From Blastocladiella emersonii ATCC 22665 (Eukaryota > Fungi > Blastocladiomycota), in assembly GCA_025594325.1 (NCBI GenBank), contig JANHCV010000012.1:744001-808000 (forward strand): 64,000 bases of DNA, written 5' to 3'. The notes under the pieces were generated by a model that saw only the letters and a program-made list of their open reading frames with translations, made no database searches and was not told where the DNA came from. Position 1 is the stretch's first letter. Each line of letters begins with the position of its first letter. The position numbers were made by a program, and so were the translations under genes. This document shows positions 12,401-25,478 of the stretch, in pieces.

Positions 12401-13551
12401 GTCGTCAACGACAGGCGCAAAATCGAGTAGAGCGCCGTCGACACGTAGAGCTGCGACGGCGAGACAGGGATCCCCGCGAGGTAGTCGACGCCGTACGTGG
12501 CGAGGCTGATGAGGAGCGGGAACGCAAAGAAGCTCCCCTCGATGGCCGCGTCCATGAACCCGGACCGGCGCAGCGCGTGCATTTCGTGGGAACGCAGCCG
12601 CTCGACCTCGCGCGCGTACGGCGCCTGCCACGCGTTGTACTTGACGACGGCGACGCCCTGCAGCAGGTCCGTCATGAGACGGATGCGCGCGTCGCGCCAG
12701 CGGACGGTGGCGTGGCGGAATTGGCCGAAGAGCGAACCGAACCACGCTTGCTGGTAGATCATGGCGAAGATGACGAGGACGCCGAAGAGCGACGGCCACC
12801 CGAGCGCGCGGTACAGGAGGACGGTGCACGCGAGCGTCTCGAGCGGGCCGATCCACAGGTAGTGGCCGTGGATGCACAGCGGCTCGATGGGCGCGAGGTC
12901 GTTGGACACGAGGTTGACGACGAGCCCCGCGGACGCCGGCTGCGCCATGACCACGGCCTTGCGGTACAGCATCGCCGACAGGGCCGTGCGCGCCTGCAGC
13001 GACGTGGTGGTCGCGAGAAACCCGAAGTGGTGGCGCAGGAACGCGTGCAGCGCGGTCACGGCGGCGAGCAGCGCGACCCACACGAACCCGAGCGCGGGCG
13101 ACGTACTGCCAGACTGGAAGTAGTCGACGACGAGCCCCAGAAACACGGCCTCGGCGAGCTTGACGCCGATCTCGACGAACCCGAGCGCGCCGATCACGGC
13201 GACCGGGTACGCGAAGACGTGCAGGCACACGCGCCACAGCCGCGGCGCGCGCGCGAGGACCGAGGCGTGCGCGACCTCGGCGGCCCACGCGGCGTCGAAC
13301 CGCGCGAGCAGCGGGTCCGCGGTAAAGGACGAGGGCAGAGGGTGCAGGTCGGCCTCCCCAAAGTCCTCGTTGGCGGCGATGAACCGGTTGCCCCACGTGA
13401 ACAGCAGGCGCGAGTAGGACCACCACGGCGAGTTGCTCAGCGGGCTGGTGGAGGGAGGGGGAGCGGGGACAAGCGGGTCAAGGGCGTCGGCGCCGAGCGT
13501 CGACAGCGGGACGGCGGACTGCTTGACGAGGGATTCATTGGATGCATTCAT
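9453..13551 (-). CDS. ABCC/MRP-family full-length ABC transporter (TMD-NBD-TMD-NBD), 3 exons
   Basis: NBD1 GPVGAGKS, LSGGQKAR, LLLDDP. NBD2 GRTGSGKS, FSAGERQL, LCLDE. Introns 11795-11739 (57 nt, in frame) and 10213-10150 (64 nt), both GTACGT..TAG. Confidence 0.95.
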
Positions 13552-14052
13552 GGCCGCGGTGTGCGGCGGCGTCTATGATCAAGTTGCATGGAGCAGCGGG
13601 AGAGAGAGCGCCGGGATCAGCTGGAGGATCAGGGACGAGGGGGGAGGAGAGCGGGCCCACTTTTAAGCCGCCTCTCCATGCGCCTCTCCTCTCCCCGCTG
13701 CTGCGCCAGCCGCGGCTTGCAACTGACTCGACCGTGACTCGATGCCGTCGGCGGATGAAACGATGGCGCGGGTGCGTCACAAACCGCTCGGGGATTTTTT
13801 TTTGTTCACTGCCCATCTATTCCACGTTTTTGAATCTCAACAAAACCACACAGACACCAAACGAGAGAGAAACCTAGGGGGGAGCTCATTACAGCACTTT
13901 TGGAAAAGACCTCAAGGGCTGGGCGCACAAGAGCGAGTTGAGGGCGGCTGCGCGGAGGGTCCGAGCGCGCACCGCTCGCCGACAATGAGCTAGGAAACCT
14001 CGGACGAGGTCCCCTTGCTCAGAGGGCCGGGGCGCGTGGCGTGCACGGATTC

Positions 14053-15522
14053 CTACACCGACTGAGATGGCGCGCCCAGCTCACCTTCCGCTGGGCCCTT
14101 GGCGGTGCGCCAACCGCCGAGACGCAGGCCGTCGGCGTCGACCTTGGCCCACGCGCCGTGTACATGATCGAAATGGCGCGCCTCGGGGTCGTCAGCGTCG
14201 CAGGGGATCCTGTCCGGGTGGACGAGTAGCGGGCGGACGACACGAAGCGCGGGGTACGAGGCGAGGCTGCCGCCACCATGGCGCCGTGCGACTGCTGCGT
14301 CGGCCAGAACCAACGCGCGTCGGCGGGCGCCGTTGCGGCAGCACTCGTCATCAGGGTCGAGGAGCGGTGCGAGGCAGCACGGCGCGTAGCCTGTTGCTGC
14401 ACGGTGCGCTCGCGTCAATGGAGGGCGGCGCGGCTCGCCGCTCGCGCCGGGCGGCGGCAGGGCTGCGCCTTAGGTCACTGGCGCGGCCTCAGCGATCGCG
14501 CTGCAGCGCGGGAGCCACAGGTGCTCCCGAACTGCGCTCGAGGCGATGGCCGCCGCCAATCTCGGCTTCGGCGACCGCCGCGAGGGCGCTGCTGATGCGG
14601 GGAGCGGCGTTGTCGAGCGCCGCGGGGACGAGCGCGTGCGAAGCGGGACACGCGAGCGCGTGCGCCTGCGTGTTGGTGACCTCCACACCAGTTTTGGTTT
14701 GAGCGCGGTCTGGAACTCTATAACCTTCAAAACGAGCTCGGGACTGAGCGGACCAACGCATTCGGCAAACTCGATGAGAGCAGGAGCAATTGCACGTAAA
14801 CAATCGAGTTTCCATTGGCCGGGCACACTAGTATGCAAGAGGTCGAGCGGATCGCTACCAGCTTGCATCGAGTCGAGCGGGGCATCGAGGTTCCCGACCA
14901 GCGAGCGGAGCCCGTCCAAAAATCCGTCTGCGCCGACCCACTCTGTCCGTGGCTCGATTACAGTTGTGGTAGCATCGTTCCCCACGAATCGCTGAGTCGC
15001 GACTCCAACTAGATCGTGGACGGCCCCAGCCGCCGGATGCCCCGCACAGAACACACGATAGCCGATCGCATTATGAAAAAATCCGCGGTGCAGGCTGACG
15101 AGCGTAAGTGCTGCATGCGAGCCGTGGATTGAGGGAAGGATGATGAGCTCGTGCGAGTCAAGAAGGCGGTCGCTGAGCCAGTGCGAGAGGGTCTGGACCG
15201 GCTCGAAACCAATGCGTGCGTCCAAAAAGTTGACGGGTGCCAAGAGGATGCGCGCTCGCTCGAACGCGGGAAGCGGGCCGACCGCGGCGTGTACGAGCAA
15301 GTCGGCGAGGGCCGGCTCGAGGATGCAGGATGCAGGGACCAGAAACGCATCAAGTGCAGACCGTAGAACCGGCGATCCAGTCAACGCCGACCGTGCAAGG
15401 ACCGGATCTGGCGAGGCGGCATGGTGGGCGGCGAGCAGGCCGAGCACCTCGCAGGCAAGGTTTACACAATCGCAAGAGACATGATCCGGCGCTTTCATGG
15501 GATGCATTGCATGAAGTTGCAT
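14053..15522 (-). CDS. Orphan gene, probably frame-disrupted after about 280 aa
   Basis: ORF 14470-15522 looks protein-like for about 280 aa, then becomes Arg/Ser/Pro-rich. Protein-like pieces continue in other frames (14489-14815, 14053-14418). Carries the shared start motif (ACTTCATGCAA, 15517-15507). Confidence 0.35.
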
Positions 15523-15725
15523 ACGCGGCGGGGACGCCGTGGGTTCGTGAGCGAAAACGCGTGGGAGTCCGCGTCGACAAGCCGCACGTGCGCGTGAAGC
15601 ATCGCGTGTCGCGTGCGTTGGCCGGTCGGTGAGTGACTCTGAGATTCCGCTCGCCCTCCCCGCCCGCCTTCGCCCTTGACTCCCTCTCTCTCAAGCTCAC
15701 ACCAATAATTTCTTCCACGAAGCTC

Positions 15726-17576
15726 ATGGAAACCATGCCCGTCACGCTAAACGCCCCCGAGCTCATCGAGCGCGTGCTGTGCCACGCGGCGCGCTCCATC
15801 GACCCCGACGACATCAACGGCTTCCTGCGGCTCGGCCGCGTCCTGCCCATGAGCCGGATCCCGTGCGTCCACCGCATCATCATGCAGCGCTTCGACGGCC
15901 AGTCGTTTGAGCGCGCCATGAGCGCCGGCCACACCGGCCTGCTCAACAAGTGGCGCGACTCGGGCCTCCCGCTGCCCTTCAACACCGACGTGCTGCGCCG
16001 CGCCGACCTCCGCGCCCTCGAGTGGGTCCGCGACGAGGGCATCGATGTGAACCGCTTCCTCGTCGGCCAGCACTGGTGCGACCGCGTCCGCGCCGCGCTC
16101 GGGATCGGCCAGCGCTACTTTTGCGACTACCGCGAGAAGTGGATTGTGCGTATCTCTTTTGCTCAGTCGTTTCGTGCCCGAACCGACAACTGACTCTCAT
16201 TCTCGTCACGCGTAGGAATCGGAGGAGCGCTACGTGCCCGACGCCGCCGTCTTCGCCGCGGTCGACGTCGTTGCCGCCGGCACGCAGACGGAGCTCGCCA
16301 TCGAGCACCAGCCCATCACCGACGAGGGCATCAAGGCGCTCAACGCGGCCATGGCGAGCCCGATGCAGGCGCTCACCTCGCTCAGCCTGTGCGGCTCGAC
16401 CATCAACTGCATGCGCCTGCTCCAGCTCAAGTTCCCTGCCACGCTCAAGTCGCTCAACCTCGCCCACTCGTGGGTCCCCGCCACCTCGCACAAGCGCTTC
16501 TTCGAGTACTTCCACTGGCCCGAGCAGCTCGAGCACATCGACCTGACCAACAACCGGATCTACTCGCTCTGGGCCACGTGGCTGTTCGAGGACCCGCCTG
16601 CCCGCCGGGCCTCAAGTCGCTCAACCTCGACACCATGTTCCTCGGCGACGAGGCCGCCCTCGAGATCGTCAAGAACCTGCCGCCCACCGTCACCAAGCTC
16701 AACCTCGCCTGGAACAAGATCACGGGCACCGGGCTCGCCGCCATCTGCCCGCACCTGCCGCCCGCGCTCGAGTCGCTGACTATGGACCTCAACCAGCTGG
16801 GCGCCGCCGGGTCGCGCACCAAGCTCAAGTGGTCGTTCCCCGCGACCGTCACCGAGCTGCGGTTCGAGGAGTGCAACCTGCAGACCAACGGGTCGCGCGG
16901 CCTGACCGACGCGATGCCGCCGAACCTGCACACGCTGTGGCTCGCCAACGCGGGCATCTCGCAGGGCGGCGCCAAGATCCTCCTACCCGCGCTCCCGGCC
17001 TCGCTGCGCGTCCTCAACTTCTCCGAGAACCCCGAGTGCAGCGCGCCCATCACCAAGAACCTCCTCGCCCGCAGCCTGCCCGCGCAACTCGAGCGCCTGA
17101 CGCTCAAGTGCATGGGCCTCCACGACACGTTCCCGGCGTACCTGTTCCAGCGCCTGCCGCGCACCCTCAAGCACCTGGACGTGAGCCAGAGCAGCATCTG
17201 CACCCCGGGCCTCGTCGCGCTCTCGCACTGGATTCCGCCCACCCTCGAGTACCTGAACCTCACGTACGCCGCCGTCAAGAACTCCGGCCTGCGCGTCCTG
17301 TTCCCGAAGCTGCCCGCCACGCTCCGCGAGCTCGATCTGTCCGACAACTTCCGCGTCAAGGACGAGACGCTCCTCATGCTCGCCGAGAACATGCCGCCTG
17401 CCCTCGAGAAACTCGTGCTCCGCGCCACGCACGTGACTGATGTCGGGGTCCAGGCCGTTCGAAATGCCGCGCCCGCGTCGCTCGCCGAGATTGTGCTGCC
17501 GGTCGACGGCGACGTCGAGAAGTACGCCGAAGCAGTCCAGATGATTGCCAGCGGGCAGATGTTTGACAACGACTAA
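15726..17576 (+). CDS. Ankyrin-like N-terminus + RNI-like LRR protein (LPxxLxxLxL repeats); frameshift at about 16591-16612
   Basis: Exon 1 from ATG 15726 includes AMSAGHTGLLNKWRDSGLPL. Phase-0 intron 16146-16215. About 12 repeats such as LPPTVTKLNLAWN, LPASLRVLNFSEN, LPATLRELDLSDN. Removing two bases from short homopolymer runs in GACCCGCCTGCCCGCCGGGC restores DRLP(P/A)GLKSLNL. Confidence 0.8.
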
Positions 17577-17837
17577 GCGGCGGTGTGGGTTGGCGGGGGT
17601 GGGTCGGGGTTGCGAGGCCCCAGAGTTTATATCTTAGGAGTGATATAGGATTTTTGATTAGCGATAGAGCTCGATTGACAACATTACTTGTGCGGCTTGT
17701 CTCGAGCAAAACGGAACGGCGGCGAAAACGACGCCTCGCGCCACACACGTGATTTAAGCAACGCGTTCGACTGAGCGTGATCATGCTCCCAAAGTTCGGC
17801 AGTGTGCAAAGTCATTGTATTCCATCACAACTAACCT

Positions 17838-20800
17838 TCAGATCCCCTTCTCCAAGAACGCTTTGAGCTTCGGCCCGAGCGAATCCAGCCCGCTGCCGCT
17901 CACCGGGAACGCAGGCACGATCAACACGCGCTTGAGGTTTGGGCGCAGGCTCGCGTACAGTTCGGCGTCGAACCGCGAATCGGTCTCGGGCACCGGTTCC
18001 GGTAGAGCCGGGAAAGCGACCGAGGTTAAGTACATGACAGCCTCGTTCGCGAACTCGTGCACCGACATGCGTTTAGCAATTGCGCGGGCGCCCTTGTCAA
18101 TGATGGCGCTCTGCAGCCCTTCAAACCCGGGTTTGGTCATCGTGCACTCGAGCGCGGGCGTTGGGATCGCCCCAGGACCAGCCGATGGAAGGAAGACAGC
18201 GCGATCGAAGAGGATGAAAGCAACGATGTCGCCGCTCGCGAGGCGGAACGACACGGCCCGTTCCCCATTCACAAGCGCCTCGAAGACTTGCTGGACAATC
18301 TCGACGACGCCTGCAGCCTCCCGGTTGACAGGTAAGCCAAACAAGCCGAGACTCAGCGTACCGAGCGCGTTGGTCGCCGGACTCCCAGGTCCAGCGCGCA
18401 GCGAACGCAGGGCGTGAACAAAGTCCGTTGCCGCACAGCTCGTCGCGCGAATCGCGTGCTGCATGGCGCGGCTCGTGAGCGAGGCAGGGAGCCGTCGGCC
18501 GGCCCAGACAATTGGCGGGTGATACGGGTTGGCGACAACGTGCATCATGCGTTTGAGAGTCAAAGTGACGTGCCGATTTTTGGCGGCGACCTGGACATCG
18601 TCTATGCGCACAGAAGCGGTAAAGCGCATAAATTGGATCACTTGGTCGATCCTGAGGATCGCTGTCCCAGCGTTCGGATCGGGCATGTAGGTTTGCTGCA
18701 GCGGAGCCTTGCTCGGCGCTTGAAAACGGATATTGGACGAGTCTGCGGGAACGCCGGGAGGGATGCTCAGGATGGCTTGGATTTTGTCCGCCGCCTCGGC
18801 AACATAGAGCAAGGGAAGCAGCCAGTTTCGCGGGTTGTGGATGGAATCATCGGGAACAACGGGTCGCGACTGGCGCAGTGCGTTGTTCGACGTGGCCGCC
18901 TGGGGGAGCGGTTTGCGAGCAATCGTGATAGAAGAGACGGGGACCAGCTTGCCGCCAACAAGCGTGCGTGAAGCCGTGGAAAGATTAGTTGGTGAGAGAT
19001 GCTCGCGGTAGACACCAAGCTTTGTTCCAGGAGACATGAGACGATCAAACGCCGAAGAAGAGATGCACGTCGACACGCGCAGCTTTGGCGGGCTCCCATA
19101 GATCGGCTCGACGTGAAGGCTCTCCAGTCGCCAGACTTTGCCTGGCTGGATCACTTCCAACACGAGGTAGCTCCGTTGCATGTAAGCTTGAGCACTATCG
19201 TCGGCGGCGACCACAATCTTGAGACAGCAGGTCTCCTTTGGTGCTTCTAAGCTGGAGCTCAGCCCGCAGAGCTCCGATGCACTGCGAACCTCAAGCGCCG
19301 GAGCTTTTTCGACTGCGCATTGAGAAAGGATGCTGTCGACGCCACGTGAAAGCATCATGAGGAACAGGGCAAAGTTTTTGCTGGGTTTGAGAGAAGCTAC
19401 CGGGATTGCAATGCGACCCGAGTCGGCTGTAATTCGGACAAGTTTTGGGAGAGAGACGCTTGTGGAGCGCTCGAAGACTATGCAGAAGGTGTGAGCATTC
19501 TAAATCTTCAGCCTGAAGCCAGTATAGCCGTACCAGTGCACTGCTGCTGCTTCTGCTTGGAGATCTTTCGAGTGCATTCGGACAAAGCGTCAAAGAGAAA
19601 CCTCGACTTCTCAAGTGAAGTTGGAGCGCTAGGCTGCGGAAGCTTGACGAAACTCAAGTAGCGCACCTTGCGCATCTCCAACTGCACGAGACTCCAGGCA
19701 GCGTGCCGGTACAACGTTGCCCGACCTTCAGGGTCCGGTTTCTCCCCAAGCGCGACACCAAAGAACGCCAGGAAGGATTCGTACGGGAGGCCGGTCAAGC
19801 GGCGAAGGTACGAGCCGTGATCGAGTGCAATGTCGGCCCCGGACGCAGTCGAGTACGAAAGCAAAGTTGCTCGCTCCGGGTGCTCGTCGTGGTGGCGAAG
19901 CAAGGACGAGCCGTGGATGAGAAGGCTGAGCAGTCCGCAAGAGTCCGCGAGATTGCTCGTATCAACGACATCAAAGCGCATCGTGAGGTTTGCAGCAAGT
20001 TGCTCCATGACCGCAACAGCGTGGCCGTGTACGAACGAGAAGCGGACGCGCGGCTTGGTCCCGCAGAAAGCACGAGAAAGCGTCTTGACCCAGTCGCCGA
20101 CCTCGGCGAGCATTGCCGATTCGGGAAGCCCGCGGCCGAGGAACAAGTCGAACGCGTCGGATGGCAGCGTGTTCGAATCGACGGCGTAATATGGCGTACC
20201 TTCAATCGCAATGAGGAGAAAGGTCGGATTGACAACAACCGAGGATGTTTTTGTGAACGCGCTCGACTCGGCAAGGCGTTCGAGGTTGCACGCCGTGCGC
20301 GCCGATTCAGTACCTCCAAGAACGCCGCGGTATTGGGCATGCGTGTGGTTCATAAAGACCGCCGCCGGATGCGAAAAAGCCTGGCTGGAAGTCGGATCCG
20401 CCGCTGAAACCACATGGTGGTACCGAGTCCTCTTGTCCAGGAGCACATCAACGGACCAGTCAATCTCGAGCCATGACTGCCAGCAGCGACGGAGCTCGCG
20501 CTGTGTCGCCGGGTCAGCAACGCAAAGCGAGGAGCCGGCCGGAACCTTGACCCAGTCCTTTGCGATGCACGCGCGAAGCTGGACGTTCCAAAAGTCTCGA
20601 GCGGTGTGGTCGAGAACGTGCGAGTACCAGAGCTGACCAACATGGCGAGCGAGCGTGGCCGTGTCGAGCTGGTCCTCGGTAGTGTGCGCGATCGCGTTGA
20701 GAATGAGCATGTTTCGAGCGAGAACTTCGGGCTGCCAGTCATTGAGAGTGAAGTCAAGAATCGCCGTCGTACCTCTGGCTGAAGCCTCGCAAACGGTACG

Positions 20801-21067
20801 GGCGACCTCGGCCAGATCGCCGCAGCCGCACACGAGTGCTTTCAGCTCGGACCGCGCTGATGAGCCGTGCGAAAAAAACAAGTCGCGCGGAGGCAGGTGC
20901 CGGAACGGCCGAAAGGTGGCGACACGGTTCCCGCGGTATTGCGTCCGGCACGTCAGGAGCGTCGGGATCGGCGCGCCCGTGCCCGCTTCCGGTACGTCGA
21001 GCATAACAGCAGAGTCTGAACTATTACCGCTCGTTGCGGGCAGTTTCATGGTTTCAGTTGCATTCAT
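17838..21067 (-). CDS. DUF4470-like domain protein, 2 exons (about 1050 aa)
   Basis: LVCGCGDLAEVARTV..LDFTLNDWQPEVLARNMLIL matches my recollection of DUF4470 (LLGCGDxRN..DxEPAVLARN). Phase-1 intron 19533-19478 joins ORF 19508-21130 to ORF 17838-19358 in frame. Confidence 0.7.
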
Positions 21068-21287
21068 TGGCGACGGATTGAGCGAGAGAAGCCAAGAGAC
21101 TGCATGACACGACGACGCGCGAAGCACCACGCGTGAGAACGGGCATCACGGGATTGACGCGTGGCGCCACTCACGTGATATCGCGTCGCGTCTCAAATGA
21201 GGGGTAGCTCGCGCTGTTTCTTTAAAGCCGCGCCAGAAGATAAAAAAAAATGTGCAAACATTTATCGAGTTCGGGTACAACGACGCG

Positions 21288-21645
21288 TCAGATCCCCTTG
21301 TCCAGGAACGCCTTGAGCGTCGGCCCGAGCGAGTCCATGCCGCTGCCGTTCACCGCAGGCCCGGGAACAACAAGTACGCGCTTGAGGTCCACTCGTAAGC
21401 TCAGGATAAGCCGGGTGACCTCGATTAGGCCGACGGCCTTTTGCTTCACTGGAGAGCCGTGGGGCTTGATGTCAAGGATGCTCAACGTAGTGTTTCCGCG
21501 GCGACTCGCCACTGCGCACGGCGGATGAAGGACGTTAGCGAGATCAGCGGCCAATCAACTCGCCGCACGGATCGCGTGCTGCATCGCGCGGCCGCTCAGC
21601 GAGACGGGGAAGCGACGGCCGACTGGGAGCGCACTAGGCGGCATC
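21288..21645 (-). pseudogene. Degenerate, internally deleted duplicate of the C-terminal half of the adjacent DUF4470-like gene
   Basis: PVGRRFPVSLSGRAMQHAIRAAS* aligns to WAGRRLPASLTSRAMQHAIRATSC (TGC to TGA). LKRVLVVPGPAVNGSGMDSLGPTLKAFLDKGI* aligns to LKRVLIVPAFPVSGSGLDSLGPKLKAFLEKGI*. About 120 aa are missing between them. Confidence 0.8.
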
Positions 21646-22586
21646 CAGCTGAGGGCGGCTCCGCCCGCGCGACCCTTTGCGCAAACCTGGCCGACGCGAG
21701 GGATTGCGCAACCTCAGGGCCAGGTTTTCGCGAAGGGTCGCGCAAACCGCGGCGCCAAGGGTCGGTGCCCTCGCCATCTCCCAGCCCCCGCTCTCCGCGC
21801 ACGCATCGATAAGTACGAACCATGAAGTGCTTCGGTGACTTGATTCAACTCGGCGGCCGCGGCGCACTCGACTACGGGACCACGATCACGTTCGTCGTGC
21901 GGAACTGGGCAGAATCTTCTCACTGTCGCGAGCCTCGCGCTCGGAATAATGGCTTCACGTTCGCCAACCAGTGCGGGACAGGTTAGGGTTCATTGTTACT
22001 CCGCGCGAAGAGTTCCTGGCCTCACAGTAGGCGCGATCAGGATGTACGAGCGGGGCGTTGCGCGTGCACACGATCATCAGTTCAACCATGGTTGCTTCGA
22101 CATGTTGACCGCGCGCCCAACGGCCATCGATCGCCGGCGACCTCGCTGCGCCTGTACAGCTTCGTCCTATCCGAACGAATAGTCGGGTCATTGTACCAAG
22201 TCGGACTCATTGAGTCGCCGTAGCGCACCGCTGGCGATCGAGCTTCCCTTTGTGTCCGTCAATCTTTGCTGTTAGCGCGAGTCCGATCTCACTACGCGCT
22301 GTTGAGTCGCGCTTCGTCGGCGGAAGTGCCAAGTAAGCACGACCTCTTTCATGGATTGGAGCGCGTCACGGCCGCGGCGGCGTGTCGCACGTCAGTCTCC
22401 ACGACGAATCGCGGCGATATGAGCGAGCGGCGCTTCTTGCGCGAACCAGGCCTCGAGATGATGTTGTCGGGTCGGCGGGCAGGCGAAGCTACGGGACGCG
22501 AGCTGAGGGAATCAACCGAGTCGAGCACGCGAAACCAGCAAGTGCGAGAGGAGCAAACTATGTATATGATGGATGATACAGTCAGC

Positions 22587-24943
22587 CTACCGGCGCGTCT
22601 TAGTCTGTACAAGCGGGATGAGATCGGCGACGGGGCACGAGAGGCGGAGGAACGGGTGGTCGAGGAGCTCGGCGGACGACGCGCGCGCGTCGACGTCGAC
22701 GGTGAGTCCGCGGGCGAGGAAGTCCTTGAGGACCGTGGACAGGCGGTCGGGCCGCTTGAGCGTCGGGGTCCCGTTCGTCGCGATCAGGTACAGGGCCTTG
22801 AGCGGCTCCTCGTCGAGGTACGGCGGCTCGCCCTCGATCATCTCGATGGTCATGATAGCGATAGACCAGACGTCGACCTTGTACCCGTACTGCTTCTGCT
22901 TGACGACCTCGGGGGCCATCCAGTAGGGCGTGCCGACCATGGTGGCGCGCTTGGACTGGCTGTCGTCGAGCTTGGCGCAGAACCCGAAGTCGGTGATCTT
23001 GACGCGCCCGAACGAGTCCATGAGCACGTTGTCGGACTTGACGTCGCGGTGGATGATATTCTTGGAGTGCAGGTGGTGGATCCCCTTGAGCGCCTCGTGC
23101 GTGATACTCGCGATCTGCGGCTCGGTCATGCCGGCGTTGTTGTCGATGATCTCGTTGAGCGGACCGCCCTCCATGAGCTCCATGACGACCCACAGCTCCT
23201 TGGACACGAGGAACGAGTCGAGGTAGTTGACAATGTTCGGGTGCTGCGACTCCTTCATCACGATGATCTCGTTGATGATCGACTCGGGCCGCGGCTGCGT
23301 CGCCAGATCCATCTGCTTGATGGCGACGACCTGCGACGTCAGCGCGTGCCGCGCCAGGTACACGCTGCCGCTCGCGCCCTGCCCGATCTTCTTTTGCTTG
23401 ATGTACACAGCCGGATCCTCGCCCGACACCACGGCGCGAAGCCGCTCGAGCACCTGCGCCGTGGTGAGCCGCGCGGGCTTGCGGCCCGACGAGGGTTTCT
23501 TGGCGGGCGACGAGGATGCGGGCACGACGGCCGTTGGCGCGGACAGAGGCATGCTCGCCGGCCCCACCGCCGCGGCCGCGGACGCCGCCGGGTTCGGCGG
23601 CACTGGCGGCTTCTCGCTCGGCGGCTTGGGCAGCGCGCCGGCGGGCGCGGGCGGTGGCGGGCGGTGGTACTGCTGCTGCGGCTGCGACTTGACGTGTCCG
23701 AGCGCCGCGTTCGGCGCGGGCCCGGACGGCGGCGGCCGCGGCGCCTCGCGGTGCGGCGACACGTTCCCGTGCGATGGGCGACGGTGCGGCGACGGCGGGG
23801 GCGGGCCATTCGGGCGGAGCGAGCCGGAAGACGAGGACGAGAGCGCGGGCGCCGACGGCTTGCGCATCATCATCATGTCGGGACGGGACCCGCCCATGGT
23901 CTCGGGCGGACGCGGCACGATGGGCGGGCGGTTAGGCGGCGGCAGGCGCTCGCGGTCGCGCTCGCGGTCGCGCTCGGAGGAGCGGTAGATGGAGGCGCGG
24001 TCGGCGGACGCGGACAGGTCGCGCTCGGGGAACCGGACGGGCGTGTCGGGGCGCGGCGACCCGACGCTCGACGCGAGGGCCGGGTCAGACGCGTCGTCGC
24101 CGTACGGGTCGCGCGGCGGCTGAACGCGGCGCGGGTTCGAGTACGGGCTGCTGGCGGGCGGCGGGGACGGGCGGTACGCGGCGGCGCCGGCGGCTGGGTT
24201 GGGCGCGGGGCGCGGCGGGCGCGGCGACGACGACGAGGACGACGACTCGATGGAGAACTTGGAGTCGGAGCGCTCCATGGGCGGGGCGGCAGCGCCGGCG
24301 TAGTAGTTGGGGACGGGCGGGAGTCCCGGAATCGTGGGCATGGGCGAGCCGGGCGAGCTCGAGCCCGCCGAGTTGCCGAACATGTCGGGCCGCTTGACGC
24401 CCGTGTAGAACTCGAGGACGTCGAGGACGGCCTGCGGGTTCTTGGCCATTTCCTCGGGCGAGATGGCCGAGTTGGACAGGAGCATCTTCCACTGCTGCGG
24501 GAGGCCGGTGAAGCCGCCCGAGACGGGGTCGAAGCCGACGTGGACCTTGTGCTGGAAGTTGGTCGGGCCCGAGACGCCGGTCAGCGGCGACCGCGAGTAG
24601 ATCTCGTCCATCCACCCGTACACGTCCTCGTCCGACTTGCACACGAGCAGGATGGTCTTCTCCTTGGTCTGCAGCTCGAAGCAGTACGGCTTGACGTCGA
24701 CGCGGTTGACGCCCGTCACCGAGGTCAGGAAGATGAGTGTGCTGGCCTGGCTCGACGACTAGGGGAGCGCGAGGGTGAGCAGAGAGCCGCCGTGCGACGA
24801 GTCCGAGCACAGGAACGCACCTCGGCCTTGTAGAAGGCAATAGTCTGCTCGCGGAGCACGACCCAGCGCTTGCTCCACATGAACGAGAGGTAGCCCTCCT
24901 CCTTGATGGCGAGGTAGCCCGACTTGAGGATGCGCGAGCCCAT
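22587..24943 (-). CDS. CLA4: Cla4-type p21-activated kinase (PH + CRIB + STE20 kinase), 2 exons
   Basis: PH start KSGYLAIKEEGYLSFMWSKRWVVL, intron 24820-24759, CRIB VSGPTNFQHKVHVGFD, kinase motifs GQGASG, VAIK, HRDVKSDN, DFG, GTPYWMAPE. Confidence 0.9.
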
Positions 24944-25463
24944 GATGCGAGAGGTGGGGTCCTAGGGCGGGCGGGCGGGTCGCACGGCCGGCGGTGCGTG
25001 TGTGTATGTACAGGAGCCGGACCGGCGGCGACGATGGGCGAGCTAACAGCCGAGAGTAGGAGGTCGATGCGATGCTGAAGGAGAGAGAGAGGACCGAGTC
25101 AGCTTTCACGCAGGCAGCAAGGAACGACTCCCCGCATTGCACAAGCCGAGGACACGCACACGCACTCGCAAGCGGCGGAGATGCAGGGACGAACGAGCGC
25201 CGCAGGGCTTGCCGGGCGGTGGCGGCGGGCGTAATGAACTGACGTTGCCGCAGCACGGACAAATGGACGAAGCCTCGCGGACGCGGTCGCGGGTGCTCGT
25301 TCCCCGCTCGTTGATACGTTGCAGTAAGGTCGTATTCGAGACGACGTTGCGGTGTTCGAGGGGAAGAGAGGGGACGGGACGCGAGCGGCGGGAGGAAACG
25401 TGTCCGCGCACGGCGAGCCGATCGCGCGCGCTGATTGGGCGGCGCCGTGTGACCCGGCTTGCT

Positions 25464-25478
25464 GTGGCGCAACGCGAC
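25464..25478 (-). promoter_or_regulatory. Recurrent upstream element GTCGCGTTGCGCCAC (coding strand), copy upstream of the PAK gene
   Basis: Exact 15-nt match to the core of the 24-nt repeat at 28944-28967 and 31779-31802, in the same orientation upstream of a minus-strand gene. Confidence 0.4.

Noticed and set aside
19990-20000. Exact copy of ACTTGCTGCAA inside the DUF4470-like CDS
   Set aside because: It is not start-proximal and is treated as a background hit. It is recorded as a counter-example to the start-motif finding.
21034-21044. ACTGCCCGCAA near the DUF4470-like start as another motif copy
   Set aside because: Three or more mismatches; too weak to count.
22266-24833. Long antisense or alternate-frame ORFs (also 37-1056, 11656-13578, 16454-17569, 51935-54043, 55908-58229, 59957-62734)
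   Set aside because: They are shadows of GC3-rich genes on the opposite strand or in another frame, with Arg/Gly/Ala-rich translations and no motifs.
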